A DNA stretch of 63,884 nt, filler included, from Reclinomonas americana ATCC 50394 (Eukaryota), in the NCBI GenBank assembly GCA_048213135.1. It is 7 parts of 3 records of this genome, joined end to end, with 100 filler letters (N's around TTAATTAATTAA, not from the genome) between each part and the next. Parts side by side here need not be neighbours in the genome. Positions count along the whole stretch, not along the records: positions 1 to 18,482 come from PS015180.1; positions 18,583 to 40,661 come from PS015181.1; 5 more parts are not named here. One strand, given 5' to 3'. This document shows positions 13,801 through 33,398 of the stretch, piece by piece (the first letter of the stretch is position 1; each line of letters opens with the position of its first letter). Made by a program: the position numbers and the translations under genes. The notes below the pieces were generated by a model. That model was not told the origin of the DNA, searched no databases, and saw only the letters and a program-made list of their open reading frames with translations.

Positions 13801-15528
13801 GTAGGAGTGCAATCACCGCGACTGACACGATGATGTGTGCAACAGGTTGACAGAGTTGGACGTGCATGCGTGTCGATTCACGGCCGTGGCGGTCATCAAC
13901 ATTACCGAGTTCCTGCAGGCCAGCCAGTCGATCAAAAAGTGCGCCTTCACATCCTGCCTCCGACTGCTGAACTCTTCTCACCCTGCCTCTCACGGAGCAG
14001 GCTGGTGCTGGACAACAACGACTTGACGGCCGACGGATTGGCTGCCATTGGCCAGGTGCTCGCCTACAATCGCGTTCTGCAGGAGCTCTCGGTCAACAGC
14101 ACAGTGAAGGAGGCACCCGATGCGGTGAGTGGCGCGGGATGCTGCACCCCCACGTACTCTGCAGGCTGACCACGTTTGGTTTTTTGACAAACAGGAGCGA
14201 GTCGAGAACTTCCTGTCGTTCCTCACCACGCGCGACAACGCCCTGCGGAGATTGTCGATGCAGCACAACAACATGGACGCGCACACGGTGGGTCGTGCAC
14301 TGGCCGCGGCGGTGGGCCATCCGAATTGCACGCTGCGCACACTTGACTGCCGGGATAATCGACTAGGGAGAGTTGCGCCAGGAGGGGGAGGAGAAGGGAA
14401 GGGAGGGAAGGGAGGGGGAAGGGAAGGGAAGGGAAGGGAGGGAAGGGAGGGGAAGGGAAGGTAAGGGAAGGGAGAGGAAAGAAGGGAAAGGAAGAGAAGG
14501 GAGGGGAGGAGAGGGGAGGAGAGGGGAGGAGAGGGAAGGAGAGGGAAGGGGAGGAAAGAATGGAAGGGAAGTGGAGGGAAGGGAAGGGAAGGGAGGGAAG
14601 GAGAAGGGAAGAGAGGGGAGGGGAGGGGAGTGGAGGGGAAGGGAAGGGAGGGGAAGGGAAGGGAAGGGAAGGGAAGGGAAGGGAAGGGAAGGGAAGGGAA
14701 GGGAAGGGAAGGGAAGGGAAGGGAGAGGAAAGAAGGGAAAGAAAGTGACGACAAGTCAGAGGCAGAACGGAAGGTAATGAGGACAGAAGAGGAGGGAAGT
14801 CGCTGACCCTCTCCATTCCCCCGCACTACGCAGTTTGAGCCGCCAGAGCAACCGCCAGAGAGCGCCCCCGCGCACGTGTTCACCGAGGCGGAGTTCGGCC
14901 AACTCATGGGCCAGAACGGGTCACTGCGAAAGCTCGACCTGTCGCAAAACTTTTTGTGGGAGGCCGCCTGCCTGTCGCTCTTCCCGGTGCTCGCTCAACA
15001 CCCGCAACTGAAGAAGTTGTACTTGGAGAACTCGCGGCCGCAGAGCGCGACGACTATTCTCGCGTCGTGGTTGTGTCGCGAGGACTGCAAGCTGCGCGTG
15101 TTGGATCTGAGTTCGTGTGCCATTCCGCGGGAGAATTTGCTGGAGGTGAGGCAGAGGGAGAGAAGGGAGACAAGAGGGAGAGTGACTGTGGGAGTCCTCT
15201 GTCGCGTTTCTTGAGCTCATCGTATGCGTCTCTCATTGCAGCTGGCCGACGCTGTCGGTGCGAACGGTTCCCTCGACGAACTCTCCCTCAAGGACAACAA
15301 CATCACGTCGTTTGGTGCGTGTGCTGCCGCTCAAGTTTGCTTCTATTCTCCATTCGCTTACTTCCCCTGTCTGCAGACATCCGAACGCTCCTCGAAAAGG
15401 TGTCTCCCGCCGCCCGCCTTCGCAAGCTCGACCTGCGCGGCAACTTCCGCTCCGAAAGCTCCGAGAAAGCCGCACAAGAGGCCGTTCGCGATGTGTGTCA
15501 GTCGCACTTGGTGGTGATCCTTAAATGA
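10865..15528 (+). CDS. FERM-domain plus ribonuclease-inhibitor-type leucine-rich-repeat protein (5' exon not identified)
   Basis: FERM central lobe LMFEEYKFMVVNGAYLCSEKIAVRLAALALQATFGDF...EYLPSW...GLDRLEAQHEYM, then many LxxLDLSxNxL repeats (ITKIDLSKNNLRDSGA, LHHLDVSGNSL, LRKLDLSQNFL). 18 GT-AG introns keep the frame. Confidence 0.85.
14380..14745. repeat. (GGGAA)n intronic microsatellite
   Basis: Directly visible. Confidence 0.95.
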
Positions 15529-15575
15529 AGATACAAACAAATTTTCCTTGTTTCTTTCGAGCAACTTCACAGGAA

Positions 15576-17288
15576 ATGTCGAGCTTTCCTCCTCCGCTGT
15601 TCCTCACTGTGGACGACTTTGTGAGTGGATGCACGGGGGTCATTGCGGAGGCACTGCGCAACGCACTGGGCGCCACAGAGTTGCACAGTTGTCTCTCTCT
15701 CTCTTGACACACACTCTCTCTTTGTCTCACACAGCGCAACACACGCAGATCCAATGTGCTGCTTGGTCTCAGTGGAGGCTCCACTCCTGGCCCTGTGTAC
15801 ACAGCACTCGGGCACATTACAGTTACGAGCAACAGACGCACAGAGAGACACAAGCAGTCATCTTCTCACTGTTTGCATGCATGCAGGACATTGACTGGTC
15901 ACGCGTGTGCGTGTTCCTGGTGGACGAGCGGTACACACCGCCCGACAGCAAAGACAGCAACACACGGTTGCTCAACGAGACACTGGTGGCCTCACTTCGC
16001 GAGCATTTGCTGTTGCGTACAAGTGTCGGAGAATCCTCGTCTTCTTCACCACCACCACTGTAGGCGCTTCCTTCCTGCTTGTTTGTTCTCTGGCTCCTCC
16101 TCCTCCTCCTCCTCCTCCTCCTCCTCCTCCTCCTCCTCCTCCTCNNNNNNNNNNNNNNNNNNNNNNNNNNNNNNNNNNNNNNNNNNNNNNNNNNNNNNNN
16201 NNNNNNNNNNNNNNNNNNNNNNNNNNNNNNNNNNNNNNNNNNNNNNNNNNNNNNNNNNNNNNNNNNNNNNNNNNNNNNNNNNNNNNNNNNNNNNNNNNNN
16301 NNNNNNNNNNNNNNNNNNNNNNNNNNNNNNNNNNNNNNNNNNNNNNNNNNNNNNNNNNNNNNNNNNNNNNNNNNNNNNNNNNNNNNNNNNNNNNNNNNNN
16401 NNNNNNNNNNNNNNNNNNNNNNNNNNNNNNNNNNNNNNNNNNNNNNNNNNNNNNNNNNNNNNNNNNNNNNNNNNNNNNNNNNNNNNNNNNNNNNNNNNNN
16501 NNNNNNNNNNNNNNNNNNNNNNNNNNNNNNNNNNNNNNNNNNNNNNNNNNNCTTCGTACGTCCGTCTCCTCCTCCTCCTCCTCCTCCTCCTCCTCCTCCT
16601 CCTCCTCCTCCTCCTCCTCCTCCTCCTCCTCCTCCTCCTCCTCCTCCTCCTCCTCCTCCTCCTCCTCCTCCTCCTCCTCCTCCTCCTCCTCCTCCTCCTC
16701 CTCCTCCTCCTCCTCCTCCTCCTCCTCCTCCTCCTTCTCCTTCTCCTCCTTCTCCTCCTTCTCCTCCTCCTCCTCCTTCTCCTCCTCGTTCTCCTCCTTT
16801 TCCTCTCCCTCACTCCCTTTCCCCGTTTGTGCAGTGAGTGCCAACTGGTGCTCCCGGAGACCAGTGGAGCCCTGGAATCACCTTCGGCATGTGCTGCGGA
16901 CTACGCCCGACGACTGGAGGAAGCGTTTAATGCGTGTCGCGGGGGCGCTGTCTGCGTGTACGGACTCGGACCGGACGGGCACTACGCGTCGCTGTTTCCG
17001 GGGCTGCCGAGTGAGTTGCTGCAGTCGGCGGAGACGGTAGTGCACACGACCACGGATACGTTTGCGGTGCACGACCGCATCACATTAACGACGACCGCAC
17101 TCGGGTTGCTGGCGTCGCGTGCGGATTCGGCCGTGTTGTTCTTGCTGAAGGGCGCGGAGAAGAAGCGCGTGTGGGAGGCCATGCTGGAGGAGCTGAGCAC
17201 GCGTGGTCCCAATGAGGCGCGGTGGCCGGCGCATGGCTTGCTCCGCGCCCCGGGTATCACCGATGCCAAGGGCGTGTGGGCCGAGTAG
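15576..17288 (+). CDS. PGLS: 6-phosphogluconolactonase
   Basis: Motifs LGLSGGSTP, DIDWSRVCVFLVDERYTPPDSKDSN, GLGPDGHYASLFPG, RITLT, GAEKK. 4 exons. Confidence 0.92.
16095..16800. repeat. (CCT)n intronic microsatellite spanning an N gap
   Basis: Directly visible. Confidence 0.95.
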
Positions 17289-17723
17289 CGGGGAAGAATT
17301 CGAAGGCGGAGGGGAGGAGACAGGGGAGTGAACGTTCTTGCAGTCTCAGAAGCAGAAGGGAGAGTGAACTTCCTTGCAGCCCTTCGTGGCACTGATTGCG
17401 GTCCGAGAAGCAGGGAAGAGGAGGCGGAAAGAGGAGGAAAAGGGAGAAAGGAGAGTGAACTTCTTTTTTGCAATCCTTCTTGTCACGGTTTGCGGCCGAG
17501 AAGAAGAGAATAGGAGGCGGAAAGAGGAGGAAAAGAGAAAGGAGAGTGAACTGTTTCGTCCCTCTTGTCACTGTTTGAGGTCCGATAACGGAAGTAAAGA
17601 AGCGAAAGGAAGAGGGAACAATGGGTGTCCTGTTCTTCTCGTCGCCGGGTGTGGGCAGAGAAGGAGACAAGTGGATAGGAAAGTGAACTCTGCGTCCTGT
17701 CCCTCAGAAAGATCATCGCCTCC

Positions 17724-18482
17724 ATGGCTGCTGCTGTGAATCGCCTGCCTCCTGGTGAGCTCCACTGTTGCTCTCCTCTCCAAGTGCACCTGTGCTCAAA
17801 CCCACCTCTGTCTCGCAGATATTCTCCGACACGTTTCGTCACTCACTCTCTGGCACTCTCTCTCTCATTCTCACTCGCAAGCCACAGATCCTCGGCTTTG
17901 TCAACAGCCCTATCGACGTGCTCAACCTCAGTCTGGTTGGTGTCTCTCTCCCTCTCTGTTCTCTCGCTGTCACTCACTCTCCTCTCCACCACACACACAC
18001 AGACATGCCATCACGTGTGCGAGACGTGCCTCGATGATGACGCAGTGTGGGCTCGCCTTACACAGAACGTGTGGGGTGGTGTTGGTCAGCACCAGTCCCT
18101 GTATGCCGAAAAGGTGTGCATTCCCTCACTCGCTCACTGGCAACACAGATGCTCGAGTCATTCCGATTCCGCCTGGTGTTCCACCAAAGGCCATCTATCG
18201 CTGCTACAAGGCGCATTTTGGTGGAGTCGAGGTCAGTGGTCGCCCTTTGCTCTGCAGGCATGCATGCATTTCATGCAAATGACTGCTGTTCGACCAGTCG
18301 TGCTTTGTGGCAGTCAAGCATGTGTGGGATCGCGTGTACGAGGTGTACTCGCAGGTGGCACCGACGGTGTTGAGGACACTGCGACCCGGCTGCTCGCTGG
18401 ACGATGTGCATGAGCTGGAGCAATTGGTGACGGAGTGGTTTGGGGCGCCGTTCTCGTTTCCGCCCGAGTGGAAGGCGTTTTA
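17724..18482 (+). CDS. F-box protein with SMI1/KNR4-like domain (FBXO3/SKIP16-like), 3' truncated at contig end
   Basis: Spliced N-terminus VNRLPP|DILRH|ILGFVNSPIDVLNLSL|TCHHV...DDAVW is an F-box. It is followed by VKHVWDRV...LRTLRPGCSLDDVHELEQ...FPPEWKAF, the start of an SMI1/KNR4-like domain. Confidence 0.75.
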
Positions 18483-18526
18483 NNNNNNNNNNNNNNNNNN
18501 NNNNNNNNNNNNNNNNNNNNNNNNNN

Positions 18527-18538
18527 TTAATTAATTAA
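18527..18538. other. Artificial contig-joining spacer TTAATTAATTAA (also 40706, 45468, 52466, 54033, 62021)
   Basis: Identical palindromic 12-mer with stops in all six frames, each embedded in N runs. Confidence 0.97.
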
Positions 18539-18770
18539 NNNNNNNNNNNNNNNNNNNNNNNNNNNNNNNNNNNNNNNNNNNNGTGCGCGGAGGCAGTGGG
18601 GGGAGCTGCATGTTTTACGCCTGCTTGTTCGTCACCATCGCCCTTGTTCCTGTGAGGCCACTATGTGTTGCAAAGCGCCCACACTGCTTTCTTTTCTCTT
18701 TCTCCCTCCTTCTTGCGAAGTACACCGTCATGTTTTGTCGCGAAAAAAAGAAAAGAAGCAACAAGTGCAT

Positions 18771-19072
18771 TCAACGATGTTGCGTAGCATGCAACGCCCG
18801 CACCAAGTGACCGATCCGGAACTCGGTCTTCCTCGCCTCCACTGCACTCTCCGCCACCTGAGCTCGCAACTCTGCATTCTCTTGCTGCAACTCGCGCATC
18901 TGCAAATGCAAGAGATCCAAGTGAGTGAGTGCGAGGGTCGGAACTTTGCACACACTCACACACACAAACACACAACCTTGCTCGCCTGCACCGCCTCGAT
19001 CTCCTCGAGAAGAGTCTCCAGCTCCGCCACTTTCAGCTGCAACCGATGCACTGCTTCGTCGCCGTCGGTCAT
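18771..19072 (-). CDS. Small 74-aa coiled-coil protein, 2 exons (19072-18977, 18899-18771)
   Basis: MTDGDEAVHRLQLKVAELETLLEEIEAVQASK|MRELQQENAELRAQVAESAVEARKTEFRIGHLVRALHATQHR*; phase-0 GT-AG intron; heptad pattern. Confidence 0.7.
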
Positions 19073-19158
19073 TGTGATGAGATAAGGGTGGACAAGGACA
19101 TTATTGACTTCGTAAAGTTTTCACTGTCACTTGCGTTTTCTCTGCAACTCCACACCTC

Positions 19159-22100
19159 TCATCGCACCAGGTGCGCAGAGGCGCGACCGAGAATGCTAAA
19201 GTCGTGCGGCACATCGGCGTAGAACGAGACGCGCTCCACCAGGTGTTCGTGAAGTCGTGCGAGTTCGGCCATTTCCTGGGCCTTGTTCTCCTTGAACTAT
19301 GGGGGGAAGCGAAGGGGGAAGGAAAGGGGAAGGAGAAGGGGGACGAGAGAATGGGGAAGAGAAGGGACGGAAGGGGAAGGGAGGAAACGGCAGGAGACGA
19401 GGGGAAACGACAGGAGACGAGGGCAAACGAAGGGGGAGCGAAGAGGGGGAAGAAGAAGGGGAAGCGAAGGGGAAGCGAAGGGGAAGCGCAAGGGAAAGCG
19501 AAAGGGAAGTGAAGGGGGAAGAGAGAAGGGGGAAGAGAGAAGGGAGAAGAGATAAGGGGGAAGGAGAAGGGGGAAACAGAAGGAAAAAGCAGCACACAAA
19601 CACAAACACACGAAGGCGGAAGGTAAGCAAAATACCAACACCCGAATCTACTCATTCAGATCATGCGTACCTCGGCGGCCAGCAGTCTGCTCTGGAATGC
19701 GTAAATGTCGTCGAGCAGTCGCAGCACCGGCAGAGTGTATGCCGTCAGCCCCAAGAATGAATCTGTGAGAAGCAGGGTGAGCATTCATCTTCTTCAGCGC
19801 CCTCTCCCTCTTCTCCTCCAGTGCGTACCGACAGAGAGCAGCAGGAGGAACTCGTACACGTGCAGTCGGACTGGATCTGGGGAGCGCAGCGCAATCTTGG
19901 CTAGTGCCTGCACGCATGTACACCGAATCTGCAGCACGGACCAACGCATGAGAGACGACGGGCGTGGAATAACAGAATGTGAAAAACACCCAAGTGAACC
20001 TCGAGCGGCGAAAACGTGGCGGCCTGCTCCAGACGCAAGAGAATGCTCTTCAGGCAGCCGTTCTTGACGTCGAGAAGGCGCGATGGGTGCTCGTCGTGCG
20101 TTTTCTGTCAAGCACGTGAGTGCATGCACTGATCAAACGCACGCAAGCACACACACACACACACCAGGATTGGTGGCGCAGAGAAGGTGGTCTTGGTGGG
20201 TTTCGCATTCATCACGGCATTTGGTGGCTCCTCATCGGTAATCACGTCGGCCAGCTCGTTGGCGTGCTCTCCCAGGAACCAGCACAGAGCCTCGACGACG
20301 GCCGTGTGGTCGGCGGCCATTTGCGAGTCCTGTTCAGCGCGGGGCTGATCGAGAATGTGGTATACGGTCTGCGGCGAGCCGTAAACGTCAGCGCAAGTTG
20401 CGAGCAAGAAATGGAGGTGGTTCTGTGAAAACAAACCTGCAACACTGGTCGGCCCTGGTTCACCTTCAAAAACGTACTCAACGAATCCAACAAGCAGTGC
20501 GGCGAGGCGCGCGCATGGCACAGCACAATGGTCTCCAGCAAGAACGGCAACACATCCAGTTGCGCGCGCGATCGCTCACGCAGCGCCACCAGGATCTCTG
20601 CTCCACACAGTGATTGAGCTAGTGGTCAACCTCACAGAGCATACAAACATCACGCACCGTCCACATGACACTGGTCCCAGCCGGGTGTGGTGGGTACCTC
20701 GCGCGCCACGCGATCCTGAATGAGAATAAAGAGATCGCGCGTGTCGGACAGCCAGCAGTGCGCCACAATCGCTTGCAGGCGCACGTGAATGTCGGCCACG
20801 TCAAGCAGTGGCCTCGTGATCTCGGTCAAGATGCTCAGTTTGCCAGCCAGTTGCTCGCCCAGTCGCGACTCGCACATGGACCGCTGCACACAGACACATT
20901 CACTCGTGAGTGACAAGAATGTGATAAGCAATAAAAGACAGAAAGGCCACGCACCAACGCTCCCCGACCACCGCTGCCCGACGTGCCCGACGATGAACTG
21001 GCTCCGAGACCACCACCGCCACCCCCACCACCACGTGATGAGCCGCCGGCATTTGAAGTGCGGCTGACAGCCAAATCGCCGGCGGCAAAGAGGTCATCGA
21101 AAAAGTTGCCAGAGCCTGCAGGAGCGGCGGCGCCCGATCCCGATCCCGACGCCGGCTCGGGAGCCACGACAACCGCCACCGGTGCTGCCGGTGCGGTGTT
21201 CTCCACAAACGCTCCAGTGGGCATCACCGGCCAGTCCAGCGGTGCGCACTTGGTGATGCACGCCTTGGCCACTTGCGCGCACAACTTCAACACGGCGTGA
21301 TTGTGCATTTGCATTCTTGAACGCAAAATGTCCGACGACTTGGTAGCCACAATGTCCAGCACGCACGGTTGCGAGGTGGAGGGTCGAGAGGATGCGGCCT
21401 GCCGAATGGGGAAGTGAGAAGGGGAAGAAGGGGGAGACGGGGGGAGAGGAAGGGGGGAAGGAGGGGGAGAAGGAGGGGGAGAAGGAGGGGGAGAAGGAGG
21501 GGGAGAAGGCGGAAGAAGAGGAAGGGGGAAGAGGAAGGGGGAAAGAGGAAGGGGGAGAGGATGGGGGGGAAGAGAAAGGGGGAAGAGGAAGGGCGAAGAG
21601 CAAGGGGGAAGAGCAAGGGGGAAGAGCAAGGGGGAAGAGCAAGGGGGAAGAGCAAGGGGGAAGAGNNNNNNNNNNNNNNNNNNNNNNNNNNNNNNNNNNN
21701 NNNNNNNNNNNNNNNNNNNNNNNNNNNNNNNNNNNNNNNNNNNNNNNNNNNNNNNNNNNNNNNNNNNNNNNNNNNNNNNNNNNNNNNNNNNNNNNNNNNN
21801 NNNNNNNNNNNNNNNNNNNNNNNNNNNNNNNNNNNNNNNNNNNNNNNNNNNNNNNNNNNNNNNNNNNNNNNNNNNNNNNNNNNNNNNNNNNNNNNNNNNN
21901 NNNNNNNNNNNNNNNNNNNNNNNNNNNNNNNNNNNNNNNNNNNNNNNNNNNNNNNNNNNNNNNNNNNNNNNNNNNNNNNNNNNNNNNNNNNNNNNNNNNN
22001 NNNNNNNNNNNNNNNNNNNNNNNNNNNNNNNNNNNNNNNNNNNNNNNNNNNNNNNNNNNNNNNNNNNNNNNNNNNNNNNNNNNNNNNNNNNNNNNNNNNN

Positions 22101-24592
22101 NNNNNNNNNNNNNNNNNNNNNNNNNNNNNNCCGCCGTCAGCACCGGCAGCACCATGTTGTAGAGCGGGGTGGGATTTGCGCCCGACGATACGGCATTGAG
22201 CATGGTCAGCATGGCGGCCGCCTGGTGCTGCAGCGATTGCGTCGACAGCGTCATGAGCTGCATAAAGGCGGGCGCCATCACGTCGGCCTCCACCGACGAG
22301 CCGTCCACTTGGCCCATGAGGAAGGTGACCAGGCGGAGGACAGTGGTGCTGTCGCTGAGCAGCACTGCAAGGGGAGAAGGGAAAGGGGGAAGGGGTGAGG
22401 AAAAGGGGGAAGAGAAGGGCGACAGGTACGACACGGAGAATAGATTGAGAATGAGAGCGAGCGCTTGCGCGCTCGCTCTCTCTGAAAAGAGGAGATTGAG
22501 CAGCTCACTTCTCCCAACCATGAATGCCTAAACATAATACTGTGCAGAGTGAGGGCTGCACGCTCGCTCTACTTGAAAAGAAGATTGAGCAGCTAACTTC
22601 TCCCAACCATGAGTGCCTTAGTGCGGAGGCACAACTACAAATATACTGCATAGAGTGAAGGTTGCGCGCTCGCTCTCCTTGAAAAGAAGAGAAGAGAGCA
22701 GTCGCCTCAGTAAGAACGCACAAGAATAAAATATGCTGCACGGAGTGAAGGCTGCGCCCTGACTCTCTTTGAACAAGAGGAGATTGAGCAGTAACCTCAG
22801 TAAGAACGCACAAGAATAAAATATGCTGCACGGAGTGAAGGCTGCGCTCTGACTCTCTTTTGAACTAGAGGAGATTGAGCAGCTTACTTCTCCCGGCTAC
22901 GAATGCGGCAGGGCAAACGCACAAGAACTACAAGTCTGTGTTGCACGCTCGCTCTATTTGAAATGAAAGATTGAGCAGCTAACTACTCCCAACCATGAGT
23001 ACCTCAGTGCGAACAAGAACAACATAATACTGTGCAGAGTGAAGGCTACGCCCTGACTCTCTTTTGAAAAGAGAAGATTGAGCAGCTGCCTCAGCGCATA
23101 CGCAAGAGAAAAACATGCTTTGTAGCGCGCTCGCTCTTTGAAAAAGAGATTGAGCAGCTAACTCCTGCTAACTACGAGTGCTGCACAGCAGCACACATAA
23201 TGCTGTGCGGAGTGAAGGCTCACCTGGTGTCAGCCACCGCACACCGTCGTCATCCAACCGGTAAAACGACAAGCTGCAACGCCGCACAGTGAGTCACCCC
23301 TGTGCTGCCTTGCTGCCTTCTCCATCACCTCACACGCACCTCGACAGCGCCTGGTCTACTCTCTTGCGCAAGCCGACAGCCTCGCGTGCAGCACGCAATA
23401 CATCGCCGTACGCCGGCAACTCCATCACCAGTGGGAAACACAGCGGCAATCCGGGTCCCTCCTTGCCGCCTCCAACGACGACGCCTGGAGAGCCTGAAGC
23501 GGGGGGAGGGAAATGGAGAAGGGTAAGGGTGAGGGCGCAGGGAGATGGAAGAGCAAAGGGAGAGGCAAGGGAGAGGCAAGGGAAAGAGAGCGAAAGAGAG
23601 AGGGATAGAGAGGGGGCAAGGGAGAGGCTGGACGCAAGCTGCGCGTGAGTGCATGAGTGTGCGTGCGTGCGTGTGTTTGTGAAGGAGGGTGAGAGAGTGA
23701 AAGAGAGCGAGAGAGAGAGCAAGTGAGCGGAAGAAGGTTGTCTCTGAATATACAAGTCGTGGCGATGTGCGTGTGTGCGCGAGAGAGAGAGAGAGAGAAC
23801 ACAAGTGAGTGAGTGAGTGGAGACAGGCTGTCTCTGCATCGCGGCGTTCGACGTGCATGTATGCGTGTGTGAGCAAGAGAGACAGAACAACCAAGCGAGT
23901 GAGTAGAAGCATGCTGTTTGTGCACACTTGCAAAGTGGAGTTCAATGTGTGCAAGAGTGCGTGAGTGTGATAGAGTGTGAGATAGTGAGAGCACGCTGTC
24001 TCTACAAACACATCACGGGTAAGAGAGAAGAGAGGGACAGAGAGTCTGTCTACATGAGCAAGGGAGACAGAACATGTTGTCTCTCAATGTGTGCAAGAGT
24101 GCGTGAGTGTGAGAGTGGGAGATAGTGAGAGCATGCTGTCTCTGCAAACACACATCACGGGTTCAATGCGCAGAAGAGAGAAGAGAAGAGAGAAGAGTGT
24201 GCGCGTGTGTCTGTCTATATGAACAAGAGAGACAGAACAACTGAGCAAGTGACTGCACACCAGTGCAAGTGTGTCCACTGCATTCTCCAACAAGAGCACC
24301 GACTGATCCACACACACACACAATGACCGACTCAATCCGCACCTGCCCCCGCCTGCCCGCCCACCGCCGTCCCACCCGTCCCCGCCGCCGCCGCACCAGC
24401 CGCACCCGACGCACCCGCCACACTCGACAAATCCCCCATCACCGCCGACAAGGCACCCGACGACGACGACGCAGACAAACTCCCACTGCCACCACCACCA
24501 CCACCACCCATGGACCCCCACGAGCCGCCTCCCACAGAGCCCCACCCGTCAACAGACCGCCGGTCCAGAGACCGCCGTGGCAAGTCGGCCAT
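19159..24592 (-). CDS. TSET/TPLATE complex large subunit TSAUCER (TASH3-like), no SH3 domain seen
   Basis: Motifs ALCWFLGEHAN, IRCTCVQALAKIALRSPDPVRLHVYEFL, PVLRLLDDIYAFQ and LHEHLVERVSFYADVP...LG match recalled TASH3 segments (AVWFLGENAN; AQALTTMAIRSGEPFRLQIYEFL; PMLKVLDEMY; HERLLDFVS). Probable ATG at 24592. An N gap hides exons. Confidence 0.8.
22440..23220. repeat. Degenerate minisatellite of about 80-100 bp units in a TSAUCER intron
   Basis: Recurring gagattgagcagct...ctcccaaccatga and gagtgaaggctgcgc blocks, about 8 units. Confidence 0.85.
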
Positions 24593-24800
24593 TTCACACT
24601 ACGTTGCAAACACACACGCACAACGCGCCAATGCAGACTGGAACAACGAAAAAGCTGGCCCACAATCCCACCGCGATGCGCGCGTAATGCTACCGTATAT
24701 ACGACGACGACGACGACGACGGCGCGCGCTGAACCAAACGAAAGCAAAGCGCGCGAAATTTCCCCTTCGTTGCCCAAAGTCACTTTGGTGTTTGCCATAC
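24593..24800. promoter_or_regulatory. Probable bidirectional promoter region (TSAUCER / Nup133)
   Basis: About 208 bp between inferred divergent ATGs. Confidence 0.4.
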
Positions 24801-33252
<8,452 letters not shown>

Positions 33253-33398
33253 AGAAAAACGAATTGAAGACCAAAGATGCGTAGAAAAAACGGTGGACGT
33301 CCGTGCATTGTTGAACACAGCGGCGAGAGAGGGCACAGAAGAATTTGGGCAAGAGGAGAAATAGACCCAGGCTGGACACGCACTCAAGTGCCACGGTC

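Noticed and set aside
18527-18538. Palindromic TTAATTAATTAA repeated six times in the window
   Set aside because: Always embedded in N runs; an artificial six-frame-stop linker.
20423-20436. Possible 14-nt mini-intron (GTTTGTTTTCACAG) in TSAUCER
   Set aside because: A normal-length intron ending at CCGCAG with a CTGAC branch motif gives GRPVLQ|TVYHILDQP, which fits the family better.
22440-23220. Regularly spaced repeats resembling a CRISPR array
   Set aside because: Whole units are degenerate copies with no unique spacers, they lie in a eukaryotic intron, and no cas genes are present.
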